A stretch of 32,000 nucleotides of DNA from Tannockella kyphosi (GCF_021054785.1 NZ_CP088239.1:1920001-1952000), one strand, 5' to 3'. Shown: positions 9,332 through 19,153, counted from the first letter of the stretch. Made by a program: numbers and translations. The notes: generated by a model from the letters alone, not told the origin.

Positions 9332-11182
9332 ATGATTATTGAGTGTTCTACTATAAAAAAGTCTTTTCAAGGAGAATATTTATTAAAAGATGTCTCTTTT
9401 AAGGTGAATGACCATGATAAGGTTGCAATTATTGGTGTCAATGGAGCTGGGAAAACTACTATTTTAAAGATTTTAGCTGATCAATTAGAATATGATAGTG
9501 GTTCTGTTTTTAAGAATAAAGATTTATCAATTGGATATTTAAGCCAACAACATGATTTAGATAATAATAAATCTGTTTATCATACTGCATTAGATGTTTT
9601 CCAACATCTAATTGATTTAGAAAATAAGATTAGAGAATTAGAAATACAAATGTTAGATGACCATCGTCCATCTGTGATGGATTTATATGATAAACTATCT
9701 CATTCTTTTAGTCAACAAGATGGGTTTTTTTATGCTAGTAAAATAGAAGCTGTTTTAAAAGGATTAGGCTTTGTAAAAGAAGAGTTTGATAATTTAGTAT
9801 GTACTTTATCTGGTGGCCAAAAAACACGTTTAGCTCTTGCTAAACTATTGTTACAAGAGCCTTCTTTATTGTTATTAGATGAACCTACGAATCATTTAGA
9901 TGCAAGTGCTATTTCTTTTTTAGAGGGTTATTTAAAAGGATATCCTCATGCTATTGTTTTTGTTTCTCATGATCGATATTTTATTAATCAAATATCTACT
10001 GTTATTATTGAAATAGAGAATGGTAAATCAATGACTTATGCATGTAATTATGAAACTTATTCTATTCGTAAACAACAATTACGTACGATTGAATTAAATC
10101 ATTATATGAATCAACAAAGAGAACTAAAGAAGATGCAAGATAGTATTGATCAGTTAAAATCTTTTAATCGTGAAAAGTCTATTAAAAGAGCAGAATCAAA
10201 AGAAAAACAACTTGCTAAAATAGAACGTATTGATAAACCTGAAAGTTTACCTAGTAATATAACCATTAACTTTGTTCCTAGATTAGTATCTGGTTTTGAT
10301 GTTTGTAAAGTAGAGAATTTAACAATGAGTTATGAACAACCTTTATTTAAAGATATTACTTTTGATATCCATAGAGGCCAAAGAATTGCTTTAGTAGGTG
10401 AAAATGGTATTGGAAAAACTACTTTATTGAAAGGCTTATTAAAATTAAAAGAGATAGATAGTGGTAAGATCCGTTTAGGTGCAAAAGTAGAAATGGCCTA
10501 TTATGATCAAGAACATACTTCTTTATCTTTAAATAAAACTATTTTCCAAGAAATAAGTGATACTTATCCTAAAATGACAAATACAGAAATTCGTAATATT
10601 TTAGCGTTATTTAATTTTAGAAGTGATGATGTATTTAAAGAAATGTTTGCTTTATCTGGTGGTGAAAAAGGACGTGTTGTTTTAGCTAAATTATTATTAC
10701 AACAAGCTAACTTTTTAGTATTAGATGAACCTACTAACCACTTAGATATTTCTTCAAAAGAAGTATTAGAAGATGCTCTATTGGGATTTGAAGGATCGAT
10801 TCTTTTTATTAGCCATGATCGTTATTTTATTAATAAAATAGCTACTAAGATTATAGAGCTAACTCCTAGTGGTGCTATTCTATATGATGGTAATTATGAA
10901 TATTATCTAAATCATAAATATGTCCAAGAAACAACCAAAGCTCCGATAGTGACACAAAGCAAGGTTGCACGTAATGAATCGAAAAAACAAAAAAATGAAC
11001 TTCGTAAACTAGAAAGAGAAATTGCTCAATTAGAACAACAATTAGAACAATTAAAACTAGAGATATTAAAAGAAGAAATTATTAATAACTATGTAGCTTA
11101 CAATGAATGCACTACATCCATTGAAGCAATAGAAAAACAATTAGAACCTTTATTAGATGATTGGTTAGCACTGCAAGAGTAG
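9332..11182 (+). CDS. ABC-F family ATPase (two ABC domains, C-terminal coiled coil)
   Basis: Two Walker A motifs (GVNGAGKTT, GENGIGKTT). Two signature motifs (LSGGQK, LSGGEK). There are no TM segments, and the C-terminal tail is K/E-rich. I move the start to ATG 9332, which is preceded by GAGGTGA. The track's upstream extension runs through the divergent promoter region. Confidence 0.9.
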   Translation: MIIECSTIKKSFQGEYLLKDVSFKVNDHDKVAIIGVNGAGKTTILKILADQLEYDSGSVFKNKDLSIGYLSQQHDLDNNKSVYHTALDVFQHLIDLENKIRELEIQMLDDHRPSVMDLYDKLSHSFSQQDGFFYASKIEAVLKGLGFVKEEFDNLVCTLSGGQKTRLALAKLLLQEPSLLLLDEPTNHLDASAISFLEGYLKGYPHAIVFVSHDRYFINQISTVIIEIENGKSMTYACNYETYSIRKQQLRTIELNHYMNQQRELKKMQDSIDQLKSFNREKSIKRAESKEKQLAKIERIDKPESLPSNITINFVPRLVSGFDVCKVENLTMSYEQPLFKDITFDIHRGQRIALVGENGIGKTTLLKGLLKLKEIDSGKIRLGAKVEMAYYDQEHTSLSLNKTIFQEISDTYPKMTNTEIRNILALFNFRSDDVFKEMFALSGGEKGRVVLAKLLLQQANFLVLDEPTNHLDISSKEVLEDALLGFEGSILFISHDRYFINKIATKIIELTPSGAILYDGNYEYYLNHKYVQETTKAPIVTQSKVARNESKKQKNELRKLEREIAQLEQQLEQLKLEILKEEIINNYVAYNECTTSIEAIEKQLEPLLDDWLALQE

Positions 11183-11192
11183 TGCTTTTTTT
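11167..11192 (+). terminator. Rho-independent terminator after the ABC-F gene
   Basis: AGCACT (11167-11172), 8-nt loop, AGTGCT (11181-11186), then T7. The hairpin overlaps the TAG stop. Confidence 0.65.
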
Positions 11193-11222
11193 GCACAGAA
11201 AAAGGAAACGTAAAGTTTCCTT

Positions 11223-12179
11223 TTATTCTTGAATTAATTTTGCATAAATACACAAGTCTTCATTTAAATAACTAGAATAATTATAAACTGTATATTCTTC
11301 ATCTTGATACCAACCATCAAAAGTAGTTCCATCTACTTCAGGATCTTCTAGATTAAACTTACTACCTGCTAAATAAGTATATGTTGTTTCAACACCATCT
11401 ACTACTGTAGTCAATGTATAAGTTGTAAAATCAACTCCTTGAGTAATTGCTTCTTCACTAATTTCGTCACTTGTATAGCATCCTTCTATGCTTCCAACAT
11501 CACTTTGAATAGCTAACAAACGAACCATTTCTGCTTCTTGACTTCTTAGTTCCATCTCCTTATATTCTGTATCATCTGTAGAAGAACTTACAAAAGTAGC
11601 ATATTCACCCAATCCTGATATTTCAAAAGTATAACCTGCTTCACAACTATATTCTTGATATGCATCACTTGCTTCATCTGTTGCAATCATCGCAACTTCT
11701 CCTGCATAACAATAAGCTCTTGACATACCTGTATATCCACCATCATAACTAAATACACCAAATAGTGTTCCACTTGTTGTAATCATTGAATTCACTGTTT
11801 CTATGGCATATTCATCATTGCTAGATACTTCTGCTACCAAGTATCCATTCGATAAGTTAATCGATACACCTGAATCAATAGTATTGATTGTTATAATTGA
11901 GGTTTCCCCTACATAAAGAATATCACTTCCATTTACTTCTAATTGTAGATAAGCATCCGATCCAACTGTAATACTGTCTCCTACATTTATACTCATCCCT
12001 TCATAAACATAAGTAGTAGTATCATCACTACTAATCGTTGATTCCCCATATAAATCTACTACTTCTATTCCTGTACTACTAGAACCAGAACTAGAACTTC
12101 CTCCAGAAGAATCATTACCACATCCTACCAAAGTAAAAGATAACATAACTACTAAAAAAGTTTTTATTATTTGTTTCAT
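11223..12179 (-). CDS. Secreted lipoprotein with a Ser/Gly linker, a FecR-like beta region and a C-terminal Listeria/Bacteroides-type repeat
   Basis: Signal peptide with lipobox LVGC. Linker GNDSSGGSSSSGSSSTG. The C-terminus TFDGWYQDEEYTVY resembles the Flg_new/InlB-B-like repeat. Function is unknown. Confidence 0.7.
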   Translation of the reverse strand: MKQIIKTFLVVMLSFTLVGCGNDSSGGSSSSGSSSTGIEVVDLYGESTISSDDTTTYVYEGMSINVGDSITVGSDAYLQLEVNGSDILYVGETSIITINTIDSGVSINLSNGYLVAEVSSNDEYAIETVNSMITTSGTLFGVFSYDGGYTGMSRAYCYAGEVAMIATDEASDAYQEYSCEAGYTFEISGLGEYATFVSSSTDDTEYKEMELRSQEAEMVRLLAIQSDVGSIEGCYTSDEISEEAITQGVDFTTYTLTTVVDGVETTYTYLAGSKFNLEDPEVDGTTFDGWYQDEEYTVYNYSSYLNEDLCIYAKLIQE

Positions 12180-12206
12180 TTTTTATCCTCCTTGTAATAT
12201 AGTACC

Positions 12207-12215
12207 ATTATATCA
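12207..12215 (-). promoter_or_regulatory. Extended -10 promoter (TGATATAAT) for the lipoprotein gene
   Basis: The minus strand reads TGATATAAT. The RBS AAGGAGG and ATG 12179 lie at suitable distances downstream. An A/G-rich tract (pyrimidine-rich on the plus strand) lies upstream. Confidence 0.5.
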
Positions 12216-12328
12216 CCTTTTTTTAACTTTGCTTCTTTTTTTATCTTTTACTTCCTTTTCTTTTTTTGTAAAAATTCTATAAAGTAGGGATGCTATGTTA
12301 TATTATCGGTGTAAAGAGGAGGTATTAT

Positions 12329-13747
12329 ATGATACATAAACAATTAAAAGACTTTCCTAAAGATTTTCTTTGGGGTGCATCTACTTCTGCTTACCAAGTA
12401 GAAGGTGCAAACTTAATTGATGGAAAAGGTCCATCATGTCAAGATGTAAAAGAAATTCCTGAAGGTACTTCAGATTTAACTGTGTGTGCAGATCATTATC
12501 ACCATTATGCACAAGATATTGCTTTAATGGCAGAAATGGGTTTTAAAACATATCGTTTTTCGATTGCTTGGACACGTTTGATTCCAGAAGGAACAGGTGC
12601 TATCAATCCTTTAGGTGTTGAATTTTATAACAACTTAATTAATGAATGTTTAAAACATAACATTGAACCATTAGTAACGATGTTCCACTTTGATATGCCA
12701 GCTGCTCTAGACAATAGAGGAAGTTGGTCAAATCCTGAATCAGTAGATTGGTTTGTAAACTTCGCAAAAGTAATGTATGAAAACTTTGGTGATCGTGTTA
12801 AATACTGGTTAACTATCAATGAACAAAACATGTTAACTTTAGTTGGTCCTGTTATTGGTACATTACATGTACCAGATGGATGTACGAATCTAATGAAAGA
12901 AATCTATCAACAAAATCATCATATGTTAGTAGCTCAAGCCAAAGCAATGGCTTTATGCCATGAAATGATTCCTGGTGCTAAAATTGGTCCTGCTCCTAAT
13001 ATTTCATTAGTATATTCTGCAAGCTGTAAACCAGAAGATACGTTAGCTGCTCAAAATGCGAATGCATTACGTAGTTGGTTATATTTAGATATGGCAGTAT
13101 ATGGTGTTTATAATAACTTAGTATGGTCATTCTTAGAAGAAAATGATGCTTGTCCAACATTTGCTCCTGGTGACGAGGAAGCATTAAAATCTGGACATCC
13201 TGATTTTATTGGTTTCAATTATTATAATACTAGTACGGTGAAATGGACAGATGGGAATACTCAATTAACTGGTAATCAAGATCAACAAACAACTCGTGGG
13301 GAAACTGGATTCTTTGAAGGAGTTGATAATCCTAATTTATTAAAAACTGAATTTGGTTGGGAAATTGATCCTATGGGATTTAGAGCGACTGTTCGTGAAA
13401 TGTATTCAAGATATCGTTTACCTATGATTGTTACGGAAAATGGATTAGGTGCTTATGATAAACTAACAGAAGATGGGAAAGTACATGATAACTATCGTAT
13501 TGAATATTTAAGAAAACATATTGAACAAGTTCAATTAGCGATTAGTGATGGTTGTGAAATGATGGGTTATTGTCCTTGGTCTGCTATCGATTTAATTTCT
13601 ACTCATGAAGGTATGGTGAAACGTTACGGATTTATTTTTGTAGACCGTGAAGAGTTTGATTTAAAAACATTAAAACGTTATCGTAAAGATTCTTTCTATT
13701 GGTATAAAAAAGTAATTGCAACAAATGGAAATGATTTAACAGATTAA
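12329..13747 (+). CDS. bglA: Glycoside hydrolase family 1 6-phospho-beta-glucosidase/galactosidase
   Basis: FLWGASTSAYQVEG N-terminal GH1 signature. Acid/base motif TINEQN. Nucleophile motif IVTENGLG. I move the start to ATG 12329, which is preceded by AGAGGAGG. Confidence 0.9.
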   Translation: MIHKQLKDFPKDFLWGASTSAYQVEGANLIDGKGPSCQDVKEIPEGTSDLTVCADHYHHYAQDIALMAEMGFKTYRFSIAWTRLIPEGTGAINPLGVEFYNNLINECLKHNIEPLVTMFHFDMPAALDNRGSWSNPESVDWFVNFAKVMYENFGDRVKYWLTINEQNMLTLVGPVIGTLHVPDGCTNLMKEIYQQNHHMLVAQAKAMALCHEMIPGAKIGPAPNISLVYSASCKPEDTLAAQNANALRSWLYLDMAVYGVYNNLVWSFLEENDACPTFAPGDEEALKSGHPDFIGFNYYNTSTVKWTDGNTQLTGNQDQQTTRGETGFFEGVDNPNLLKTEFGWEIDPMGFRATVREMYSRYRLPMIVTENGLGAYDKLTEDGKVHDNYRIEYLRKHIEQVQLAISDGCEMMGYCPWSAIDLISTHEGMVKRYGFIFVDREEFDLKTLKRYRKDSFYWYKKVIATNGNDLTD

Positions 13748-13749
13748 GT

Positions 13750-13780
13750 AAAAAAGCTATGATTTCATAGCTTTTTTGTT
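13750..13780 (+). terminator. Rho-independent terminator after the GH1 gene
   Basis: AAAAAGCTATGA / TCATAGCTTTTT hairpin followed by a T-run. Confidence 0.8.
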
Positions 13781-13803
13781 TATACTAGTGCCGAGGTGAT
13801 TTT

Positions 13804-14226
13804 TTGAAGAAATTTGTTTATTTTATTCCTGTGATTTTATGGATGTGCTTTATTTTTTATATGTCGCAACAAACAGGATCTGATTCTAGTTCGATGTCGA
13901 ATAGTATTTTAGAAATAGTGATTCGTTTTATTCCTATTCCTGAAAATATTTTAACGATGCTTATTCGTAAAAGTGCTCATATGTTTGAATACTTTGTTTT
14001 ATTTATTTTATTGTTTATTGCATATTATAAAAGCCAATCTAAATATAGGTATCTTACAAGTTATATCATTACTGTACTTTATGCTTGTAGTGATGAAATA
14101 CATCAATTATTTATCCCTGGTAGACAAGCTGCTATCTTTGATGTGATGATTGATTCTTTTGGAGCATTGATTGGTGTGTTATTTGTCTATCTCCTTTTAA
14201 AATACATAGCCAAACGAAGTAACTAA
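13804..14226 (+). CDS. VanZ family membrane protein
   Basis: 140 aa with 4 TM segments. KSAHMFEYFVL and DEIHQLFIPGR motifs are typical of VanZ-like proteins. It appears to use a TTG start at 13804, preceded by GAGGTGA. Confidence 0.8.
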   Translation: MKKFVYFIPVILWMCFIFYMSQQTGSDSSSMSNSILEIVIRFIPIPENILTMLIRKSAHMFEYFVLFILLFIAYYKSQSKYRYLTSYIITVLYACSDEIHQLFIPGRQAAIFDVMIDSFGALIGVLFVYLLLKYIAKRSN

Positions 14227-14238
14227 TTTTATACATAG

Positions 14239-14268
14239 AAAAAATCAACGTCTATCGTTGATTTTTTT
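14239..14268. terminator. Bidirectional hairpin terminator
   Basis: AAAAATCAACG, loop TCTAT, CGTTGATTTTT, with an A-run and a T-run flanking. It lies between the convergent VanZ and PH-domain genes. Confidence 0.8.
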
Positions 14269-14272
14269 ATGT

Positions 14273-14647
14273 TTAATCAATACTATCTATATCTGTTAAT
14301 TCATCAACACCTATATCTTGTAAATTAACTGTTCTTCTTGCAATACGATGATCTTCTGATGCTTTAATAATAAAGTCTTTAACTTCTCTAGCATTTTTTA
14401 TATGTACTAATGTTAGTGTTGGATGGGTTGTATCACCAGTATGACACTCTATTGTTCCTAATCCAAATATTCTTTCAAACAAAGATGATTTTAATGTACA
14501 GTCTTGTATTTTATACATATAACAATCATTTTCTTTTCTATTTAAGAATCCTTCTCTTATTGTTAATTGTTCTTTTTCTACTGTATAAACTGTAAAACTA
14601 AATGGTAAGGCAAAGAATACTATTCTTTTTCTTTCTACATAACTCAT
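14273..14647 (-). CDS. Bacterial PH-domain (bPH_2/YdbS-YdbT-like) protein
   Basis: 124 aa. The pattern ...[47 protein letters not shown]... resembles the membrane-flanked bPH domain family. RBS GGAGGT lies upstream. The gene is probably co-transcribed with the upstream membrane-protein gene. Confidence 0.65.
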   Translation of the reverse strand: MSYVERKRIVFFALPFSFTVYTVEKEQLTIREGFLNRKENDCYMYKIQDCTLKSSLFERIFGLGTIECHTGDTTHPTLTLVHIKNAREVKDFIIKASEDHRIARRTVNLQDIGVDELTDIDSID

Positions 14648-14680
14648 ATCACTACCTCCTAGCTATATGCTATCACAATT

Positions 14681-15325
14681 CTAATCTTTTAACAAATCTA
14701 ATTTTCTAAAGACACGTTTCTGGAATTTCATAAAAATTCCCATACTTGGACCAAATATAAGCGCACTAATAATCGTTCCCTCACGAATAATCATATCAAT
14801 CCCACAAAGCAAGCACATACTCACTACAAAGATGACACAAACAACATCGACAAGTTGTCTAACTACATGGAATTTAATACCTGTTTTCTTCGTAACGGCC
14901 ATACATGCTCCCTCTAGTGCCATTGTAATGATATCTAATACCATGACCATCCCTACTGAAAAAGAACATCCTATAATTCCAACTAAAAACAATAAAAAGT
15001 TACCAACATAACTACTTATAACAAGTGGTCCTAAGACTGTATAGTATGTAAAATTAATAACAACCCCTAATAATAAACTAACTGGTATTTGTCCTAAATG
15101 AAAAATAGTAAACTCTTTTTTTAATATTACTAATTGAATAAAAACACAAATACTGTTTGCAACAATAGATACTGTTCCTATTTGTATCATTGTTAATTCA
15201 CTAAATAATTTTGTATTCGCATCATAGGGTCCTAACCCTATATCTGCCTTCATTGTAAAAGCACAAAACATACCAATAAGTGCTACTGAAAAAATTAAAA
15301 CCCCAACCCTTTTAACTTGCTTCAT
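14681..15325 (-). CDS. YczE/YitT-like integral membrane protein
   Basis: 214 aa with about 6 TM segments. The N-terminal segment ...KADIGLGPYDA... is typical of the YczE family. Confidence 0.65.
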   Translation of the reverse strand: MKQVKRVGVLIFSVALIGMFCAFTMKADIGLGPYDANTKLFSELTMIQIGTVSIVANSICVFIQLVILKKEFTIFHLGQIPVSLLLGVVINFTYYTVLGPLVISSYVGNFLLFLVGIIGCSFSVGMVMVLDIITMALEGACMAVTKKTGIKFHVVRQLVDVVCVIFVVSMCLLCGIDMIIREGTIISALIFGPSMGIFMKFQKRVFRKLDLLKD

Positions 15326-15351
15326 TCCTATCTCCTTATGTAACAGCTATC

Positions 15352-15360
15352 ATTATAACA
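15352..15360 (-). promoter_or_regulatory. Extended -10 promoter (TGTTATAAT) for the yczE-like / PH-domain operon
   Basis: The minus strand reads TGTTATAAT. RBS AAGGAGA and ATG 15325 follow at about 25 nt. Confidence 0.45.
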
Positions 15361-15397
15361 GTTTAAAATATTTTTAAAAGATGAAACCGCTTTTTTA

Positions 15398-15432
15398 TCA
15401 AAAAAACACATCCTATCAAAGGATGTGTTTTA
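15398..15432 (-). terminator. Rho-independent terminator after adhE
   Basis: On the minus strand: AAACACAUCC, 7-nt loop, GGAUGUGUUU, followed by U7-8. Confidence 0.85.
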
Positions 15433-15445
15433 GATTAAGATATTG

Positions 15446-18100
15446 TTATTTAGCGAATTTGTTTTCGTAATCCCAAATATCTCTTAAGATTTGTTCCATA
15501 TCATTTACTAATGGCATTCTTGGGTTAGCTGGAGTACATTGATCTTCATATGCATTCATAGCCATTCTATGGATTGCTCCATCCCATTCAGCTTTATCAA
15601 TACCTTGAGATTTGATATTGCTTGCAATACCTACTGATAAACATAATTTCTCACATGCATCAGCAAACATAGTTACACCTTCAGCAGGAGTTTTAGGATT
15701 TAATCCAATTAATTGAGCTAATTCCATATATTTGATATCTGCTTGGTATTTTTCGATTTTTGGCCAAATATTTAATTTAGTTGGAATAGTACCATTGTAA
15801 CGAATTACATGTGGTAATAAGATACCATTTGTACGTCCATGAGGTACATGGAATTCTCCACCAATTTTATGAGCTAATGAGTGATTCATTCCTAAGAATG
15901 CATTCGCAAATGCCATACCTGCGATAGTAGCAGCATTATGCATTTTTTCTCTAGCAACTGGATGAGTAGTTCCTTCTTTTACTGATAATTCTAAGTAATC
16001 AAATACTAATTTAACTGCTTGTTTTGCCCAACCATCTGTGAAATCAGATGCTAAGATAGAAACATAAGCTTCTACTGCATGAGTTAAAACGTCAATTCCT
16101 GTATCAGCAGCGATTTGTGGTGGTAAACTCATTACGAATGTAGGGTCTACGATTGCTACAGTTGGAGTTAAAGCATAGTCAGTTAATGGATATTTTTTGT
16201 TTTCTTTTGTATCAGTGATAACTGAGAATGGTGTTACTTCTGAACCTGTTCCTGATGTTGTAGGGATACAGATTAATTTAGCTTTTTTACCTAATTCAGG
16301 GAATTTGAAAGCACGTTTTCTAATGTCCATGAATTTTTGTTTAATATCATTAAAGTTTACTTCTGGGTTTTCATATAATAACCACATTACTTTAGCAGCA
16401 TCCATTGAAGATCCTCCACCTAAAGCAATAATAGTATCAGGTTTGAAGTTATTCATTACAGCTAAACCTTTTTCAACTGTATCGAAACTTGGATCTGGTT
16501 CTACATCGAAGAATAATTCTAAATCTAATTTTTCTTGTCTTCTTCTTAAAGCATCTTCTACTTTTTCTACATAACCAAGGTTATACATACCTTTGTCAGT
16601 AACGATCATAACTTTACCTAATTTTTTCATATCTCTTAAATATCTAATTGAATTTTTTTCAAAATAGATTTTTGGAGGAAGTTTCACCCATTGCATATTG
16701 TTGTTACGTCTCCCGATTCTTTTAATGTTAATTAAGTTAACAGCACTAACATTGTTAGATACTGAGTTTGATCCATAAGAACCACATCCTAAAGTTAATG
16801 AAGGGATGAAGGCATTATAAACTGAACCAATTCCACCGAATGTAGATGGTGCATTTTCAATAATACGGATTGCTTTACATGCTTTACCAAAAGCAAGAGA
16901 GATATCTGAATCTTGTGTATGGATTGCAGCAGAATGTCCTAAACCATTGAATTCTACCATTGCAGCAGCTTTCGCAATACCATCTTCTGTACTACTAGCT
17001 TTTAATACAGCTAATACTGGAGATAATTTTTCTCTAGTTAATGGTTCATTTGGTCCTACTTCACCACATTCAGCACAAATGATTTGTGTGTCTGCAGGTA
17101 CAGTGAATCCAGCTTGTTCAGCGATCCAAGCAGCAGGTTTACCAACAACGTTTGCATTTAATTTTGCTTCGTTTACGTTAGTAGCACCAGATTGTACTCC
17201 AAACATATAGTTTTCTAATTTTGTTTTTTCGTCTTTGTTTACAAAATATACTTTGAAACGTTTCATTTCAGTAAGGAATGCTTTGTAAATTTCTTTATCT
17301 ACGATAGCAGCTTGTTCAGATGCACAAATCATACCATTATCGAAAGATTTTGATAAGATAATGTCATTTACAGCTCTATCTAATACACATGATTTTTCTA
17401 CATAAGCAGGAACGTTACCAGCCCCAACACCTAATGCAGGTTTACCACATGAATATGCAGCTTTTACCATTGCATTACCACCAGTTGCTAAGATTGTAGC
17501 AATTGTTGGATGATTCATTAATGCACTAGTTGCATACATTGATTTTAAATCTAACCATTGAATACAGTTTTCTGGAGCACCAGCTGCAACAGCTGCGTCA
17601 CGAATTACTGTAGCTGCCATTACAGAACATGCATGTGCAGATGGATGGAATGAGAAGATAATTGGATTTCTTGTTTTTAAAGAAATTAATGATTTAAAGA
17701 TTACTGTTGAAGTTGGGTTTGTTGTTGGTACGATACCACAAACAACACCTACTGGTTCAGCGATTTCAGTGATTCCTAATAAAGGATCTTCATTAATAAC
17801 ACCTACTGTTTTTGTATGACGTAAATTACTTGTTACATATTCACATGCAAATAAGTTTTTTACAGCTTTGTCTTCGAAAACACCTCTACCTGTTTCGTTA
17901 ACTGCAGCTTCAGCTAAGATACCATGAGCATCTAACCCTGCTACTGAACATTTTGCCACGATGTGGTCTACTTGTTCTTGTGTGAATGAACCAAATTCTT
18001 CTAAAGCAATTGCTCCTTTTGCTGCTAATTCAGCAACATGAGCATCTACTTGCTCCGTAGTTGGTTCTACATTGATTTTTTCAACTTTTTTTTCTGCCAT
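15446..18100 (-). CDS. adhE: Bifunctional acetaldehyde-CoA / alcohol dehydrogenase
   Basis: About 884 aa, with an N-terminal aldehyde dehydrogenase domain and a C-terminal iron-type alcohol dehydrogenase domain ([10 protein letters not shown], His-rich metal site). I place the start at ATG 18100 (MAEKK...), 7 nt after GGAG. The track start at 18106 is only 1 nt from the RBS. Confidence 0.95.
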   Translation of the reverse strand: MAEKKVEKINVEPTTEQVDAHVAELAAKGAIALEEFGSFTQEQVDHIVAKCSVAGLDAHGILAEAAVNETGRGVFEDKAVKNLFACEYVTSNLRHTKTVGVINEDPLLGITEIAEPVGVVCGIVPTTNPTSTVIFKSLISLKTRNPIIFSFHPSAHACSVMAATVIRDAAVAAGAPENCIQWLDLKSMYATSALMNHPTIATILATGGNAMVKAAYSCGKPALGVGAGNVPAYVEKSCVLDRAVNDIILSKSFDNGMICASEQAAIVDKEIYKAFLTEMKRFKVYFVNKDEKTKLENYMFGVQSGATNVNEAKLNANVVGKPAAWIAEQAGFTVPADTQIICAECGEVGPNEPLTREKLSPVLAVLKASSTEDGIAKAAAMVEFNGLGHSAAIHTQDSDISLAFGKACKAIRIIENAPSTFGGIGSVYNAFIPSLTLGCGSYGSNSVSNNVSAVNLINIKRIGRRNNNMQWVKLPPKIYFEKNSIRYLRDMKKLGKVMIVTDKGMYNLGYVEKVEDALRRRQEKLDLELFFDVEPDPSFDTVEKGLAVMNNFKPDTIIALGGGSSMDAAKVMWLLYENPEVNFNDIKQKFMDIRKRAFKFPELGKKAKLICIPTTSGTGSEVTPFSVITDTKENKKYPLTDYALTPTVAIVDPTFVMSLPPQIAADTGIDVLTHAVEAYVSILASDFTDGWAKQAVKLVFDYLELSVKEGTTHPVAREKMHNAATIAGMAFANAFLGMNHSLAHKIGGEFHVPHGRTNGILLPHVIRYNGTIPTKLNIWPKIEKYQADIKYMELAQLIGLNPKTPAEGVTMFADACEKLCLSVGIASNIKSQGIDKAEWDGAIHRMAMNAYEDQCTPANPRMPLVNDMEQILRDIWDYENKFAK

Positions 18101-18148
18101 TTTCATTCTCCTTGTTTATTGTGAAAAAATTATTTTAATTACACGGTT

Positions 18149-18177
18149 ATAATACATGATGAATATTTAAATTACAA
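18149..18177 (-). promoter_or_regulatory. Candidate sigma-A promoter of adhE
   Basis: On the minus strand: TTGTAA (18177-18172), a 17-nt spacer, then TATTAT (18154-18149). The leader would be about 42 nt. Confidence 0.4.
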
Positions 18178-18190
18178 GTACTTTTTGTTG

Positions 18191-18224
18191 TTTTTTTAAA
18201 TGTAAACTCTTACATTTAAAAAAA
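18191..18224. repeat. 34-nt perfect hairpin palindrome (15-bp arms, 4-nt loop) between the HAD gene and the adhE promoter
   Basis: TTTTTTTAAATGTAA ACTC TTACATTTAAAAAAA. The arms are exact reverse complements. Confidence 0.9.
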
Positions 18225-18243
18225 GTGATACAAAAAAAAGAAA

Positions 18244-19083
18244 CTATCTAATTTCTTTTATTTGTTCTAAAATAACTTGACCTATTCCAGGTTGGTTATG
18301 TGATGAAATTGTATGATTTGCGACCTCTTTAATCATATCCATTGCATTATCCATGGCATAACTATTTGGTGTTAGTTTTAACATTTCTAAATCATTTTCA
18401 CTATCCCCAAAGATTAATACTTCCTCAGGATCAATCGCTAACTCTTCCATAATACTTTTTACTCCATCTGATTTATTAATACCATGAGGCATTATTTCAT
18501 ACCATCCTGGTGATACTGTCATAACAGAGTAATCTTTTAATAAGCTACGCACTTTTTTTGAATTTGTTAAAAAGAAAGTAGGACATTGTACACACATTTT
18601 TGTAACTCCATCAAAAGATTCTTCATAAGGACTAAATCTAGGACTAGGTAAACGTCCATCATATCCACTACTTAATAACCTTTTTTGTAAAAAACTATTA
18701 TTCATAATCCAATGGATCATTCTTCCACCACTGATATAACTTGCATTATCATGGAATGCAAAAGCTATATATCCTAATTTAGCTGCTGCTTGTTTTACCA
18801 CTGTTACATCTGCTCTTGTTAAACCTTCATTAATTATGACTTGTTTATCGCTAAAACGATATCTTTGTAAACCATTCACAGTTACTAAATAACCATTATT
18901 ATAAGTATCCATTCCTAATTTAGAATAAATATGTTCTAAACCAACCATATTTCTACCAGTTGCTAGAACCAATACAACACCATTCTCTTGTACTGTTTTT
19001 AAGACTTCTACATTTTCTTCTAGAAGCTCTTTGTTTTTGTCTAATAATGTGCCATCTAAGTCACACACGACCATTTTTATCAT
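18244..19083 (-). CDS. Cof-type HAD-IIB family hydrolase (sugar-phosphatase-like)
   Basis: DLDGTLL motif I, GDSENDLEM motif III/IV, and cap region. I move the start to ATG 19083 (MIKMVVCDLDG), which is preceded by GAGGTG. The track's 30-aa upstream extension has no RBS. Confidence 0.85.
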   Translation of the reverse strand: MIKMVVCDLDGTLLDKNKELLEENVEVLKTVQENGVVLVLATGRNMVGLEHIYSKLGMDTYNNGYLVTVNGLQRYRFSDKQVIINEGLTRADVTVVKQAAAKLGYIAFAFHDNASYISGGRMIHWIMNNSFLQKRLLSSGYDGRLPSPRFSPYEESFDGVTKMCVQCPTFFLTNSKKVRSLLKDYSVMTVSPGWYEIMPHGINKSDGVKSIMEELAIDPEEVLIFGDSENDLEMLKLTPNSYAMDNAMDMIKEVANHTISSHNQPGIGQVILEQIKEIR

Positions 19084-19109
19084 ATTACACCTCATTCTAT
19101 TACCCCTAT

Positions 19110-19138
19110 ATATTAAAAGAGAAGTGCCATTTTGTAAA
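19110..19138 (-). promoter_or_regulatory. Candidate sigma-A promoter of the HAD hydrolase gene
   Basis: On the minus strand: TTTACA (19138-19133), a 17-nt spacer, then TAATAT (19115-19110). Confidence 0.5.
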
Positions 19139-19153
19139 GTTTTTTTTATTTTC

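Noticed and set aside
12214-12268. A pyrimidine-rich (T/C) tract of about 55 nt on the plus strand between the divergent lipoprotein and GH1 genes.
   Set aside because: It is most simply explained as an A-rich UP-element or spacer upstream of the lipoprotein extended -10 promoter. There is no repeat unit, ORF or RNA structure in it.
12180-12328. A RAT/terminator antitermination leader (LicT/BglG type) upstream of the GH1 gene, and likewise upstream of the GH4 gene (1664-1745).
   Set aside because: No sequence resembling the RAT consensus was found in either leader. No leader terminator hairpin overlaps such a site.
12625-17210. Track ORFs 12625-12831(-), 12996-13184(-), 14410-14595(+), 16197-16574(+) and 16947-17210(+).
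   Set aside because: They are antisense shadow ORFs inside the GH1, PH-domain and adhE genes. Their composition is Ser/Phe/Leu/Ile-rich, as expected when AT-rich coding DNA is read on the wrong strand.
18119-18136. A Rex operator (TTGTGAA-N4-TTCACAA) in the adhE leader.
   Set aside because: Only one half-site (TTCACAA on the minus strand) is present. The partner half is AAAATAA. This is too weak to call without a search or a position weight matrix.
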